Positions 30,302 through 40,562 of a stretch of 64,000 bases of DNA are shown here, one piece after another; position 1 is the stretch's first letter, and each line of letters begins with the position of its first letter. The position numbers were made by a program, and so were the translations under genes. The stretch is from Clostridia bacterium. GTDB lineage: Bacteria > Bacillota > Clostridia > Oscillospirales > CAG-272. Below the pieces are notes generated by a model. The model saw only the letters and a program-made list of their open reading frames with translations, was not told the origin of the DNA and ran no database searches. The stretch is taken from assembly GCA_017453365.1 (NCBI GenBank), contig JAFTKH010000017.1, forward strand, positions 515 through 64,514, in the 5' to 3' direction.

Positions 30302-31677
30302 CAAAGAAAATTTTTTCTCTCCTTCTTACCTTCACTGTGCTTGCATTATCCGCTCTTACCTTCACCGCCTGCTCCGGCGGCAACAGCGAGTCCGAGGAGG
30401 CTGGGCGCCCTACTCCCGTAGATATGGGCGTTACAAAGACACTCAACGTCTACAACTGGGGTGAATATATCTCCGACGGCTTTGAGGGCTCGTATGATTC
30501 AAATGCGGAGTTTGAGTATTATTTCAACGTTTATCTGGCTGAAAAATACGGCTACAACATCAAGGTCAACTACACGACCTATGCGACGAATGAGGATATG
30601 TATTCGAAGATACATTCGCTTATGTCGAGCGGTTCGGGAGATGCGATGTATGATATCGTCGTTCCGTCCGACTATATGATACAGCAGATGATAGAGGCAG
30701 ATATGCTCCTGCCCTTTGATGCGGAGAGTATACCGAACTACAAAAACATATCCGACAGCTTCAAGAGCCCTTATTACGACCCCGAGAATCTTTACTCCGT
30801 TCCCTACACCTACGGAATGGTCGGGATTATATATAATCCGGGTCTTATGAACGAGGAAGACCTCAACGAAAACGGTGAGATAAAGAATAAGAGCTGGGAT
30901 ATGCTCTGGTGCGAAAGCTACAAGGGCAAAATTCTGCAGTTCAACAATCCTCGTGATGCATTCGGTACTGCGATGTACAAAAACAACCTTGATATAAATT
31001 CCACAGACCCTGCCGTATGGCAGGCTGCGGCAGAGGAGCTTAAGTTACAAAAGCCGCTCGTTCAGGGCTACGTTAACGACGAGATATTCAACAAGATGAC
31101 GACGGCATCTGCGACCCTCGCTCCCTATTTCGCCGGAGATTTCATAACGATGTACGACTCGCTCCCCGAGGATGACAAATTTTTAAAATTCTACTATCCG
31201 GACGAGGGCACGAACGTTTTCATAGATGCGATGTGTATTCTAAAAACGTCGAAGATGCAGGATGCGGCGAAGGAATACATCAATTTCATGCTCGACCGTG
31301 ACGCGGCGGTCGCTAATGCACTCTATATTGGCTACGCTTCCCCGAACGAGGTCGTAAGATACGACGAGGAATATCTCGACGAAATGGGTGAGGATGCTAT
31401 TGAAATTCTTTACGGTGCTGACCCCGAACTTATCAATGAGAAATACAGCTACGACCCATATTATCACAAGCTTGACACGGTAACGCAGGAGAATTTCTAC
31501 GCTCTTTGGGAATCGCTCAAGACAGAAAATGCTATTGAGCCGTGGGTACACGTATCGAGCATTACGATAGTCGCTGTGCTTCTGTTCGCCTGTGTTTCAA
31601 GCACGGTCATCAAGAAAAAACGCTCCAAGTTCTACCGCGAACGCGACAAGGAGCTGAAAAAGAAAAGGAAAGCATGA
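30298..31677 (+). CDS. potD: Polyamine-binding lipoprotein with an extra C-terminal TM helix
   Basis: Lipobox FTAC, LNVYNWGEYI, TNEDMY, YDIVVPSDYM, PDEGTNVFIDAM. Confidence 0.88.
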   Translation: MTKKIFSLLLTFTVLALSALTFTACSGGNSESEEAGRPTPVDMGVTKTLNVYNWGEYISDGFEGSYDSNAEFEYYFNVYLAEKYGYNIKVNYTTYATNEDMYSKIHSLMSSGSGDAMYDIVVPSDYMIQQMIEADMLLPFDAESIPNYKNISDSFKSPYYDPENLYSVPYTYGMVGIIYNPGLMNEEDLNENGEIKNKSWDMLWCESYKGKILQFNNPRDAFGTAMYKNNLDINSTDPAVWQAAAEELKLQKPLVQGYVNDEIFNKMTTASATLAPYFAGDFITMYDSLPEDDKFLKFYYPDEGTNVFIDAMCILKTSKMQDAAKEYINFMLDRDAAVANALYIGYASPNEVVRYDEEYLDEMGEDAIEILYGADPELINEKYSYDPYYHKLDTVTQENFYALWESLKTENAIEPWVHVSSITIVAVLLFACVSSTVIKKKRSKFYRERDKELKKKRKA

Positions 31678-31678
31678 G

Positions 31679-31704
31679 AAAACGGCCCGTGAAGGGCCGC
31701 TTTC
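31679..31704. terminator. Terminator between convergent genes
   Basis: cggccc-gtgaa-gggccg flanked by A and T runs. Confidence 0.6.
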
Positions 31705-31705
31705 T

Positions 31706-32605
31706 TTATAGATTGGTCGTATTAAATTCCGGTATATAAGCATCGCTTGCCGACTCCTTATCCTGCACGAATGCGCGGGTAATCCCAAGCGATGACGCGT
31801 ACTCGACAAGCTCGCCGTATTCAGCGCGCGTTACCCTGCGCGCAATAGAAGGAGGCACACCCTCGATGGGGGTATACTGGCTCATAAGGCTGATATAAAT
31901 GCTGTTGCCGTAAGTTTCATACAGATATTTCACTGCGAGCTTTGCCTCGGCGGTGTGCGAGGGGAGAAGGAGCACCCTAACTATAACGCCGCGTGTCATA
32001 ATTCCCCCGTCTATATGGGGCGTAGGCTGCTGTCTCACCATTTCCGCTATTGCCGCCTTCGCGACCTCGGGATAATTCTCTGCACAAGAAAGCTCGGTGG
32101 CGCTCTTGCTCCTTACGTACTTAAGGTCTGCAAGGTATATATCGACAAGGCCGTCAAGGAGAGCCAAAGCAGCGAGAGAGTCATAGCCGCCCGTATTATA
32201 TACTATAGGGACGGTGAGGCCGCTCTTTCGCGCTATTGATATTGCTTCCGCTACTGTTGGTGCGAAGTGCGTCGGTGTAACGAAATTTATGTTATGCGCC
32301 CCCTGCATCTCAAGAGAGAGCATTACGCGCGAGATATCCTCAGCCGTGGCGTATTCTCCGACGGGAGATTTGGATATCCCCCTATTCTGGCAGAAAACAC
32401 AGCCGAGAGAGCATCCGGAGAAGAATACCGTACCCGAGCCGCGAGTGCCCGAGATTATAGGCTCCTCCCATGCGTGGAGTGATGCACGGGCGAGTGAAGC
32501 AGTATTACCGCAGCGGCAAAAGCCGCGCGCGCCAGAAACTCTGTCTACACCGCATTCGCGGCCGCAGAGCATACAGGAGCGGTACGGGATATCAAAATCA
32601 AACAC
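31706..32605 (-). CDS. PflX-like radical SAM protein
   Basis: CMLCGRECGVDR, WEEP.ISG, GCSLGCVFCQN, NINFVTPTH. Confidence 0.88.
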   Translation of the reverse strand: MFDFDIPYRSCMLCGRECGVDRVSGARGFCRCGNTASLARASLHAWEEPIISGTRGSGTVFFSGCSLGCVFCQNRGISKSPVGEYATAEDISRVMLSLEMQGAHNINFVTPTHFAPTVAEAISIARKSGLTVPIVYNTGGYDSLAALALLDGLVDIYLADLKYVRSKSATELSCAENYPEVAKAAIAEMVRQQPTPHIDGGIMTRGVIVRVLLLPSHTAEAKLAVKYLYETYGNSIYISLMSQYTPIEGVPPSIARRVTRAEYGELVEYASSLGITRAFVQDKESASDAYIPEFNTTNL

Positions 32606-32628
32606 TCTTTACTCTCCTTTCTTCGGGG

Positions 32629-32657
32629 TTGACAATACAGTCAAAAAATGCTACAAT
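32629..32657 (+). promoter_or_regulatory. Sigma-A promoter of the dCMP deaminase gene
   Basis: TTGACA-17bp-TACAAT. Confidence 0.75.
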
Positions 32658-32687
32658 AGAAAAAAACAAAAAATGAGGTAACCGATA

Positions 32688-33185
32688 ATGTCCGGAAAAA
32701 GAGACGGATACATAAGCTGGGATGAATATTTTATGGGTGTCGCACTGCTCGCAGCAGAGCGCTCGAAGGACCCGAGCACACAGGTAGGTGCGTGTATCGT
32801 CGACTCCGACAGAACGATACTCTCGACAGGCTATAACGGCTTCCCGAAGGGCTGTGGCGACGATGAATACCCGTGGAACCGCGACGAGAGCTCTGGAGAG
32901 ACTAAATATCCCTTCGTCGTACACGCGGAGCTGAATGCGATTCTCAACTGTCAGGGCAAGTCTCTTAAGGGTGCGAAGATATACGTAGGACTCTTCCCCT
33001 GCAACGAGTGCACAAAGGCTATTATTCAGTCGGGAATATCAGAGGTAGTCTATCTATCCGACAAATATGCCGACACACCCGCAACGCAGGCCTCGAAGCG
33101 TATGCTGGCCTCGGCGGGAGTCAAGACCTCACAGCTAAAGCCGACGAAGGCAGAGCTCGTGCTGAATTTCAACATAGTCAAATAG
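32688..33185 (+). CDS. dCMP deaminase
   Basis: SWDEYFM, RSKDPSTQVGA, GYNG, HAELNAI, PCNEC. Confidence 0.93.
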   Translation: MSGKRDGYISWDEYFMGVALLAAERSKDPSTQVGACIVDSDRTILSTGYNGFPKGCGDDEYPWNRDESSGETKYPFVVHAELNAILNCQGKSLKGAKIYVGLFPCNECTKAIIQSGISEVVYLSDKYADTPATQASKRMLASAGVKTSQLKPTKAELVLNFNIVK

Positions 33186-33191
33186 TTCACG

Positions 33192-33224
33192 GTCGGTGCA
33201 GTAGAACTGCACCGACGTTTTTAT
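33192..33224. terminator. Terminator
   Basis: gtcggtgcagt-aga-actgcaccgac followed by T-run. Confidence 0.75.
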
Positions 33225-34363
33225 TTAAAGTAATCCTTTATCTCATCGAGCGAGGCAGTAAAGCTTCCCTGTATCATCTCCGACCTGCCGCCACCCCTGC
33301 CGCCGAGGGCGGCATTTATTTCCTTCACGAGGGCTTTAAGGTCAGTGCCCTTCGAGGATATAACGTATTTATAGCATTTATCTTCACCCGTAAGGGCTAC
33401 GAGAATACCGCCGACAGAAGGGAGGGCTGCGTTCGAGAATGCGATAAGTCCGTCCATAGTCATATCGGGGATATGACACACTGCGTTTCCTTCTCGTGAA
33501 CCAAGCATTTTCGCAGCAAGCTCGGCAATACGTCTATCCTTCTCTGCTGTTACGTGCTTCAGAGCCTCGACGTCCTCCTTCAGCTTTATAACAGAGGGTA
33601 ACACCTCATCTCGAGGTGTTGAGAGGGCGGCTGATATACCAGAAACAGAAGAAAGCTTTCTCTCATAATCCGAAAGAGCGCGCGCTCCTGCGTGCATAAT
33701 GAGCCGCATACCCGAGCGCCAGCGCTCGGCGCTGACAATCTTTATAATACCTATCTCACCAGTGTTTCCGACGTGCGGAGCACAGCAGGCACATACGTCG
33801 ACTCCTGATATTTCTACTATTCTAACCCCGGAGGAAAGCTCCAGCTTCGAGCGGTAGGACATACCCGAGAGCTCCTCGGGCGTCGGAAACCGCGCGGTAA
33901 CGGGAAGGCAGGAGCGCACAGCCCCGTTCGCAAGTCTCTCTACGTGCAGAAGCTGCTCCCAAGTGAGAAAGCCGTCAATATCGAGGGTTACCTCGCTCTC
34001 GCCAAGGTGAAATCCGACGTTCGAGAGACCAAATACCGAATTAAAGAAGCCTGATAGGATATGCTCGGCAGTATGCTGCTGCATTTTATCGTATCTCACG
34101 GCGAAATCGAGCTCTCCGTGCACCTTCTGCCCCAAAGCAAGCTCGGTGTCAAGGTAATGGTATATTTCCCCGTTTCGCTCACGAACGTCGATAACACGCG
34201 CACCGCCGAGAGTGCCCGTATCGGCTCTCTGCCCTCCACCCTCGGGAAAAAATGCGGTTCTGTCAAGTACCGTAAGAAAGTATGGCTCGCGGTACTCGAG
34301 TGAGATAACACGAGCATCAAACTCCTTCGTATAGGCGTTTTCGTAGTAAAGCTTCTCTGTCAT
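33221..34363 (-). CDS. AlaX-type aminoacyl-tRNA editing protein with DHHA1 domain
   Basis: TAFFPEGGGQ..D.G, MQQHTAEHILS, CACCAPHV, GRGGG. Confidence 0.88.
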   Translation of the reverse strand: MTEKLYYENAYTKEFDARVISLEYREPYFLTVLDRTAFFPEGGGQRADTGTLGGARVIDVRERNGEIYHYLDTELALGQKVHGELDFAVRYDKMQQHTAEHILSGFFNSVFGLSNVGFHLGESEVTLDIDGFLTWEQLLHVERLANGAVRSCLPVTARFPTPEELSGMSYRSKLELSSGVRIVEISGVDVCACCAPHVGNTGEIGIIKIVSAERWRSGMRLIMHAGARALSDYERKLSSVSGISAALSTPRDEVLPSVIKLKEDVEALKHVTAEKDRRIAELAAKMLGSREGNAVCHIPDMTMDGLIAFSNAALPSVGGILVALTGEDKCYKYVISSKGTDLKALVKEINAALGGRGGGRSEMIQGSFTASLDEIKDYFK

Positions 34364-35052
34364 CTCAAAAGCTCCTTTTTTATTTTTTCGACGTCGAAGA
34401 GCGACCACGGGTAGGCTGTCATCTCGGGCAACGAATGCACGTCCACAGTGCCGCGAGACAGAGGCAGAACGAGCCGTGCGGAGTGGAGGGCTATGCCTCG
34501 AAGCCCCTTATCACGGCTGCCATACTTACCGTCGCCCGTCACGGGCGTTCCCCTATGCGAGAGCTGGGCGCGTATCTGATGAAACCTGCCTGTTTCGAGA
34601 GTAACAAGAAGCAGACTTTTTACTTTTCCGTCACATTCGCTTCTCGCGAGCCTCCTGTAGGTTAGCTCTGCCCGCTTAACTCCGCCGCGCTCGCGGTCAA
34701 CTATGTACGCGCGGCCCGAGCGGGCATCGCGGAAAAGGAGGTCCGAGAGCCGTGCTTCTTCCTCTGTCTCCCCGTCGCAGACGGTGAGATACTGCTTTGT
34801 CAACCTGTGAGCAGCAAAGAGGGCGGAAAGCTCTGCCGCCGCGGCCCTCGTCCTCGCAAAGGCCAGCACGCCTCCCGTCACACGGTCAAGGCGGTGGACG
34901 AGATAGAGAGTATTAGCTTCGCCAAGCGAAGCTAGCATCTCCCCCGTGAGTGTGAGCGCATCAGCATCCCCCGTCTGGTCGGACTCGCACGGAACACCCG
35001 AGAGCTTATTTATAACAACTGCGTTCTTATCCTTATACAGTATTTCGATCAT
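34360..35052 (-). CDS. RluA-family pseudouridine synthase
   Basis: HRLDRVTGG, TGRFHQIRAQ, GDGKYG, LHSA. Confidence 0.9.
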   Translation of the reverse strand: MIEILYKDKNAVVINKLSGVPCESDQTGDADALTLTGEMLASLGEANTLYLVHRLDRVTGGVLAFARTRAAAAELSALFAAHRLTKQYLTVCDGETEEEARLSDLLFRDARSGRAYIVDRERGGVKRAELTYRRLARSECDGKVKSLLLVTLETGRFHQIRAQLSHRGTPVTGDGKYGSRDKGLRGIALHSARLVLPLSRGTVDVHSLPEMTAYPWSLFDVEKIKKELLR

Positions 35053-35073
35053 TTTCGCTACTCCGCATTTTAT

Positions 35074-35103
35074 AAAAGCCGTTGCCATACCGCAACGGCT
35101 TTT
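35074..35103. terminator. Hairpin after the ECF S-component gene
   Basis: aaaagccgttgc-catacc-gcaacggctttt. Confidence 0.65.
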
Positions 35104-35106
35104 AAG

Positions 35107-35688
35107 TTATTTTTTCTTGATGTTGATAAGTCGTGTAACCGTGGGAGATAAAAGAATGTTAAGACTGAGCTCGATTAGGAAATTACTTCCTATAAAAAGA
35201 ATTATAAAAGCAGCAAACACACTTTGACCTTCTTTTGCAGAAGCTTCAACCAAAGGATAGAAAAACGCAAAGCAACCTATAGAAAAAACCAGTGTATTGA
35301 CTACAGGTGCAGTGATAGCAGCAAATAAAACAGCTAAATATCTGTTTTTCTTTTCAAAGAGTGAATAAACCATTCCGCAGACAAATCCCGAGGCAGCTCC
35401 CTTGAGAAGAACGAGAAGGATAGTTGCAGGAGGATTAAAATTCATAAAGCCTACCGTTCCGGGAGAAAAAATAATTATAAAGCCTGCAAGGAAGCCCAGC
35501 CATGTAGAGCACCATTTATTACAAAATGCCGCACCGAGCACTACGGGTATCAAAGCGATATTCAGTTCCAGCCATCCAATCTTTGGAAAGGCAAAGGAAG
35601 CGAGACACTGCAAAACTATGACGAGAGCGGTAAATACCGAAAGATACACCAGCTTTTCCGTATCGAGTGATTTTCTTCTTGTTGACAT
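35107..35688 (-). CDS. ECF transporter S component
   Basis: About 6 TM helices; ALIPVVLGA, APVVNT, NFLIEL..N..L.P. Confidence 0.75.
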   Translation of the reverse strand: MSTRRKSLDTEKLVYLSVFTALVIVLQCLASFAFPKIGWLELNIALIPVVLGAAFCNKWCSTWLGFLAGFIIIFSPGTVGFMNFNPPATILLVLLKGAASGFVCGMVYSLFEKKNRYLAVLFAAITAPVVNTLVFSIGCFAFFYPLVEASAKEGQSVFAAFIILFIGSNFLIELSLNILLSPTVTRLINIKKK

Positions 35689-35738
35689 ATTCTACACCGT
35701 CCTATTTTTTATTATTTTAGCACAGCGGAGATGTTTTT

Positions 35739-38700
35739 TCAAGTACCTTTATAGTTTTTTTCACCTTTTCTCCTTTTTTCGTGCACAGTCGCGACCTTAT
35801 TTGCCTCACCGCCCGTCAGTGCTATCATTTTCACCGCAGAGAGGCTAAAGGCGTTCGCATATAGCTTAAGAGGCTTATCTATCGCTCCGCGCGCGAGCAC
35901 CTTAAGGTATCCTGCTTCCTCGGGTACGAGGCCGCGAGCCTTCAAGACGTTTATATCTATAACGTCATCTGCCGAGAAGCTTTCGGACAGTGTGTCTACG
36001 TTTATTATCGCACGACGTCTTCCCTGCGTATATATTTTAGTTCCCTCACGTCTTATGAGCGTTTTCGCAATACCGTCGCTGATAAGGCCGTCGGCACGCG
36101 TTACGTCGACTCCGCCTGCGGGAATTTCTGTAGGACTCGGAAGCGCGGCATTTGTTACCGGTGCTGCAAGACACCTTTCCTTGACTGCGAGAAGCAGACC
36201 GCGAATATCCTCGCGCCTTTTCGCGGCAAATACCAACAAAAGCATTAATGCCACCGCGAGCAAAAAGCAAAGAAACAGGGCGCGGCTCACGGCGGGGCTC
36301 GGGCGCGGAACGTAGTTTATATTTCCGGGGATAACGGTGAGGCGATAATTTGCATTGTCCGAGGTCGCATACAGTTTTCCGTCGAGGACGCAGTAGGACA
36401 CGTTAAGCTCTTCTCCCTCTGCTATGCTACCCTCTACGACTGCATAACCGTTTCCCCTCGGCTCCTCAAAAAGATAAACGTCCTCGTCAGCGAGCATTAC
36501 CGTAAGCTCGGACGGGAGTATAACGAACTCGAGAACCGTTTCCCCCGAAAGCTCGTAGTTGTTTGGGTCGACAGGTGCGAGCTCGACGTAATAGCTTCCC
36601 GCATCACGAAAGCCCGTCGTATTTACGACGCGGTATAATGGAGAGGACGGCGTAGGCAGCTGGAGCTCTCCGTTATAGACCAAGCCGCCTATGAGAGTCG
36701 GAGTTATCTTCTGCTTTTCAATGATGAGGGTACAAGGGGAAAGGGTCGGCGGCTCATAATTACGCTCGTCATACGAAAAGGCGGGTATTACCGTATATTG
36801 GCCAGCGTTTGTCCCTGCGCCCGAGAGCGAGAGGAGGGCTACCCCCTCGGGCAGTCCCGAGAGCGTGGGCAGCTTCGCCGTACCGTCGTACACGGCTACA
36901 GTGTTGCTCCATACGGCTCCAGACATATCGTAGCTTATCTTCTCTACTGTCACCGAAGCGCCCGCTGCTACGCCGAGGCAGGTGAAATTAACCCCGCCGT
37001 CACCGACTAGAAGGCAATCCCCCTCCCGATATTGAACGGCAACCTGCCGTGTGTCTACCTCTCTGACAGAGCCGTCGTTATAGGCGAGCTTCGCAGAAAA
37101 GTCGTCGGGCCCTACCCTATCAAAGGCAGAAAAGACGCTTTTTTTCATAGTAATATCAAGTCTTACAGGAACTATATCTATAACGGAAAATGAAGCAGCC
37201 TCCGAGAAAAACGGCAAATAATTCGCCCCCTCGGCAACATAGGCGCGTACGTAGTAGAGTCCCGGGGCCGTTGGTGTCACCTCGACTGTAAGTGCAGAGT
37301 CTCGGTAAAAAACGAAGCTCGGCTCTCCGTATTCGGCCGTAGCCTCGGGAGAGGGTGGCGTGCCGACAAACACGTCGCCCACCGTCAATTCAGACGTCAG
37401 GGAGTTCATTTTTTTGTTTATTTTATAGGAAACGTCGCTGTTTATTACGTAATAATTTTTATTCACAGACACCGCACGAGCGGTATATTCACCGGCATCA
37501 ATAGCAGCTCCTATCACGTAGGTGGGATATTCACCTATGGCATAGGGCTGCTTCTCCATACCGTCATAGACAAAATCCGTACCGTACCAAACTACGGTAA
37601 AGCCACGCGGTATTACCGTTATCGGAACATAAAGCTTCGAGGGGGGATAGTAATTGGTGCTCTCTGTAGAAAACACCACCTCTACGACGGGAGCTCCGCC
37701 GACGTCGGTGACACCGTCACCATAGGTGAAGGTGAGAGGAATACCGTCAAGTCCCGTCGGCATACTTCCGTTAAGGGTCGGAAGATGAGGTGTGCCGTCG
37801 TAGACAAATTCACCGCCGGTAAAGGAAAAGCCCGAGGTGTCGTAGGGAGCACGCTCGATATACCAGGTGAATTCAAGGGGTGGTGGCTCGTTATAGTTCG
37901 CACTGTCGAAAGAGAGAACGCAGGAAAGCTTATACTCTCCGGCATCGCAGCCTCTGTTATCCGTATAACCGACAACCGTAACACCAAGCGGCAGCCCCTC
38001 AAGAGCAACTGTTTTCACCGTGCCGTCGTACACAAAGCTGTCCGAGGAGAGACGAAGCCCCGAGAGGTCAAGGTCTGCTTTCAAAATGTTGTATTCCGTT
38101 GTGTAATTTCGTAAACTATAATTTGCATTATCAGTTGCCGCGACAGCGATGTAGCCGTCCTTCGCCATGATTGCGCCACCCGTCACGGTGAGCGAGACGG
38201 AAGCACCGAAAACGTCGGTAAATTTAGCACGGGGGCACATTACCGTGCCGTCATAGACGAACACCGTCCTATCCCAAACGACTGTTGCGGGCGCTGGATT
38301 TATTATCAGTGCCGAGTAGCTCACGGCAGGCGACTCGTAATCGAGCGAGTCGGTCGTAAAGCGAATCTCAACAACATACTCTCCGGCATCCGTTCCGCCG
38401 CCCGCAACGAAGGCGCGAAGCGGAATGCCGTCAAGCCCTACGGGCAGCTCCTTGTCAAAGGGATAGGTTTTATACGTACCGTCGTATACTGTCTCGACAC
38501 TCTCGAGGGTGAAGGTAATATCATATTCCCGCTTCACCACCGTGACGGGCACAGCTACCCTCACGCCTCTGTACTCGGCTATCACCGCCGTGTCTCCAAA
38601 GCGCAGACAGTTATCGGTCTGATAGAATACGGACACGCTTTCGGCTCCCAAGGTAATTTTTTGTCCGCTCTCATAGGTCACGAGGAAGGAAAGGCCGTCA

Positions 38701-40562
38701 CGCTTAAAATAATCAAAGGCGCGGTATTCCAGAACGTTCGGCTGTGTTTCGACCGAAAGAGCTACAGGAATGTCCTCACGTATTTCGAGGAGAAAGGGCT
38801 CCGTAGAAAGACCAGTATAGTTTTCGCATTCCGCGACCTCAGCCACTACGTAATACACGCCGACTTTATCGGGGGCGCTGTCCAGGTATTCCTCGCTTCC
38901 CTGCTCCCAAAACCTGTAAGCTACACTGCCGAAAAGAGCGTTACCGAAGAGCTTCAGTGTCTCACCGCTGTAGACCCACTCTGCATAAGGAACAGTCAGC
39001 CATGCGTTTTCCGCTCGGAGCACGGAGAAGCCTACGTAGACGGTATCTCCGCCTGCTCCCTGCCACGCGTAGTTCTCAGGGTCGGTAAGTGTTACGGGGA
39101 TAAGGTATTCTCCCGCATTTGTGTAGGTATCATACGAGGCGGTATAAAGCGCGCTCTCGTCAATATCGGGTATAAGCTCCGAGCCAGTATAAACGGTGCT
39201 TAAGTTCTCGGGCGGTGTTAACGTCATCTTCGAGACCGTTACAGTTATATAGGGGGTTACAACGCTTACACTGTCGCGCCCGACGGTAAAGGTTATTCTG
39301 CACCTGTATTTTCCGCTATCACTTACGCTTCGGTAGGTGAGGGCAGACGTAAAGCTCAAGGTCTCACCGCTCTCTCCCTCCCACGCGAAGGAATAAAATC
39401 CCTCGCCATCTAGGGGGTGCGAGAGCTCGGAGAAGGTGACGGTATGCTCTCTTCCGTCGTAGACGGTATCCGCGCTCAAAAGAGAGAAGGTCGGGGCGGC
39501 AAGTGTATACGAGGCGTAGAGCGTCAGGTCCGCGGTTGGAGCTTCGGCAAAATTATACTCCTCGGAGAGTGTTCCGTCTGTGCACCATACACCGGCGGTA
39601 TAGCCCTCACGCTCGGGTATAGGAAATGCGGTAGGGGTCATTCCCGAAAGAAGCTCCTCCGTATATACCGTAACACCGCCTGATATATAGGTCACATTAT
39701 AAGGAAGGTATACCGCCAGATATCCGTCGCCGCCGTTCTCAAAGAACGTGAGTCCGCGTGGAGCGCCGTTGCTATCGTAGACGGTGATATTATCGGCGCG
39801 TCCCCCGTCTATGCCCCAAACGACGGGATATAGGCCGCCCTTTTCAAATTCCCTTTGCAGCTTCACCGAGAGCGTTCCGCCGAAGGGTACGTCAGAGCTG
39901 ACGTAAAGCTCTCCCGAGGAGATGATATCGTATACTGCCGAGTCAAAGCTCACCGATCCGCCTACGGTGAGCGTACCGAAGGTTTCAACGGGGACACCCG
40001 CAGTGTTATCAACGTGTCCGCCGAGCAGCTCCGTGCTTCCTCTCTCAAGATATATGGCAGGAGATGAGGAGAGTGTGCTAACACGTCCGCCCGTCATAGA
40101 AAAAAACGACGAGGACACACCGGCCAGCCTGACCGCCGTTCCGTCCGAATGGCTGACAAGGCCGGAGACCATATACACCCTTCCGTCCCAGACGTCGAGC
40201 ACGCCGTCACCCGAAAGAGCGACGGTAAGGCCGTCGAGTGTCAAAACGGCGCCCCCCTTCACAGTTACCCCCTCCGTCGACGAAAGGCTTCCCGACAGGG
40301 TAAGCTCGCGCGTGAGTGTCAAGGGAGCGGAAAGACTCACGGAGTCAAATCTAACGTGCGAGCCGGCAGGTATAAGGTTAAAAAGCTCATCTATACTCGC
40401 AGAGAGCACAGGCTCGCTACCATCGGGTACTGAAAGCGTATACGTGCCCGCATCGCCCGTGAGAATATATTCCTCTCCTTCCTCGGCGCGCACCGATAGG
40501 GACGTGCCGAAAAATAGTAATAGTGCGAAAAGAGGGATTAGCAAAACGTACAGCTTTTTCAT
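35739..40562 (-). CDS. Large single-pass surface protein (InlB B-repeat, MBG/Ig-like repeats) with a cytoplasmic C-terminal ribosomal protein uL15-like domain
   Basis: Signal peptide ending VRA, repeated VYDG/DAGEY modules, TM ALFLCFLLAVALMLLLVF-AAKRR, then AIINVDTL...LKVLARG...ANAFSLSA...GG. Confidence 0.75.
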   Translation of the reverse strand: MKKLYVLLIPLFALLLFFGTSLSVRAEEGEEYILTGDAGTYTLSVPDGSEPVLSASIDELFNLIPAGSHVRFDSVSLSAPLTLTRELTLSGSLSSTEGVTVKGGAVLTLDGLTVALSGDGVLDVWDGRVYMVSGLVSHSDGTAVRLAGVSSSFFSMTGGRVSTLSSSPAIYLERGSTELLGGHVDNTAGVPVETFGTLTVGGSVSFDSAVYDIISSGELYVSSDVPFGGTLSVKLQREFEKGGLYPVVWGIDGGRADNITVYDSNGAPRGLTFFENGGDGYLAVYLPYNVTYISGGVTVYTEELLSGMTPTAFPIPEREGYTAGVWCTDGTLSEEYNFAEAPTADLTLYASYTLAAPTFSLLSADTVYDGREHTVTFSELSHPLDGEGFYSFAWEGESGETLSFTSALTYRSVSDSGKYRCRITFTVGRDSVSVVTPYITVTVSKMTLTPPENLSTVYTGSELIPDIDESALYTASYDTYTNAGEYLIPVTLTDPENYAWQGAGGDTVYVGFSVLRAENAWLTVPYAEWVYSGETLKLFGNALFGSVAYRFWEQGSEEYLDSAPDKVGVYYVVAEVAECENYTGLSTEPFLLEIREDIPVALSVETQPNVLEYRAFDYFKRDGLSFLVTYESGQKITLGAESVSVFYQTDNCLRFGDTAVIAEYRGVRVAVPVTVVKREYDITFTLESVETVYDGTYKTYPFDKELPVGLDGIPLRAFVAGGGTDAGEYVVEIRFTTDSLDYESPAVSYSALIINPAPATVVWDRTVFVYDGTVMCPRAKFTDVFGASVSLTVTGGAIMAKDGYIAVAATDNANYSLRNYTTEYNILKADLDLSGLRLSSDSFVYDGTVKTVALEGLPLGVTVVGYTDNRGCDAGEYKLSCVLSFDSANYNEPPPLEFTWYIERAPYDTSGFSFTGGEFVYDGTPHLPTLNGSMPTGLDGIPLTFTYGDGVTDVGGAPVVEVVFSTESTNYYPPSKLYVPITVIPRGFTVVWYGTDFVYDGMEKQPYAIGEYPTYVIGAAIDAGEYTARAVSVNKNYYVINSDVSYKINKKMNSLTSELTVGDVFVGTPPSPEATAEYGEPSFVFYRDSALTVEVTPTAPGLYYVRAYVAEGANYLPFFSEAASFSVIDIVPVRLDITMKKSVFSAFDRVGPDDFSAKLAYNDGSVREVDTRQVAVQYREGDCLLVGDGGVNFTCLGVAAGASVTVEKISYDMSGAVWSNTVAVYDGTAKLPTLSGLPEGVALLSLSGAGTNAGQYTVIPAFSYDERNYEPPTLSPCTLIIEKQKITPTLIGGLVYNGELQLPTPSSPLYRVVNTTGFRDAGSYYVELAPVDPNNYELSGETVLEFVILPSELTVMLADEDVYLFEEPRGNGYAVVEGSIAEGEELNVSYCVLDGKLYATSDNANYRLTVIPGNINYVPRPSPAVSRALFLCFLLAVALMLLLVFAAKRREDIRGLLLAVKERCLAAPVTNAALPSPTEIPAGGVDVTRADGLISDGIAKTLIRREGTKIYTQGRRRAIINVDTLSESFSADDVIDINVLKARGLVPEEAGYLKVLARGAIDKPLKLYANAFSLSAVKMIALTGGEANKVATVHEKRRKGEKNYKGT

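Noticed and set aside
35739-36030. Canonical rplO gene fused by frameshift
   Set aside because: The uL15 N-terminal extension is absent, the reading frame is continuous, and no spc-operon neighbours are present.
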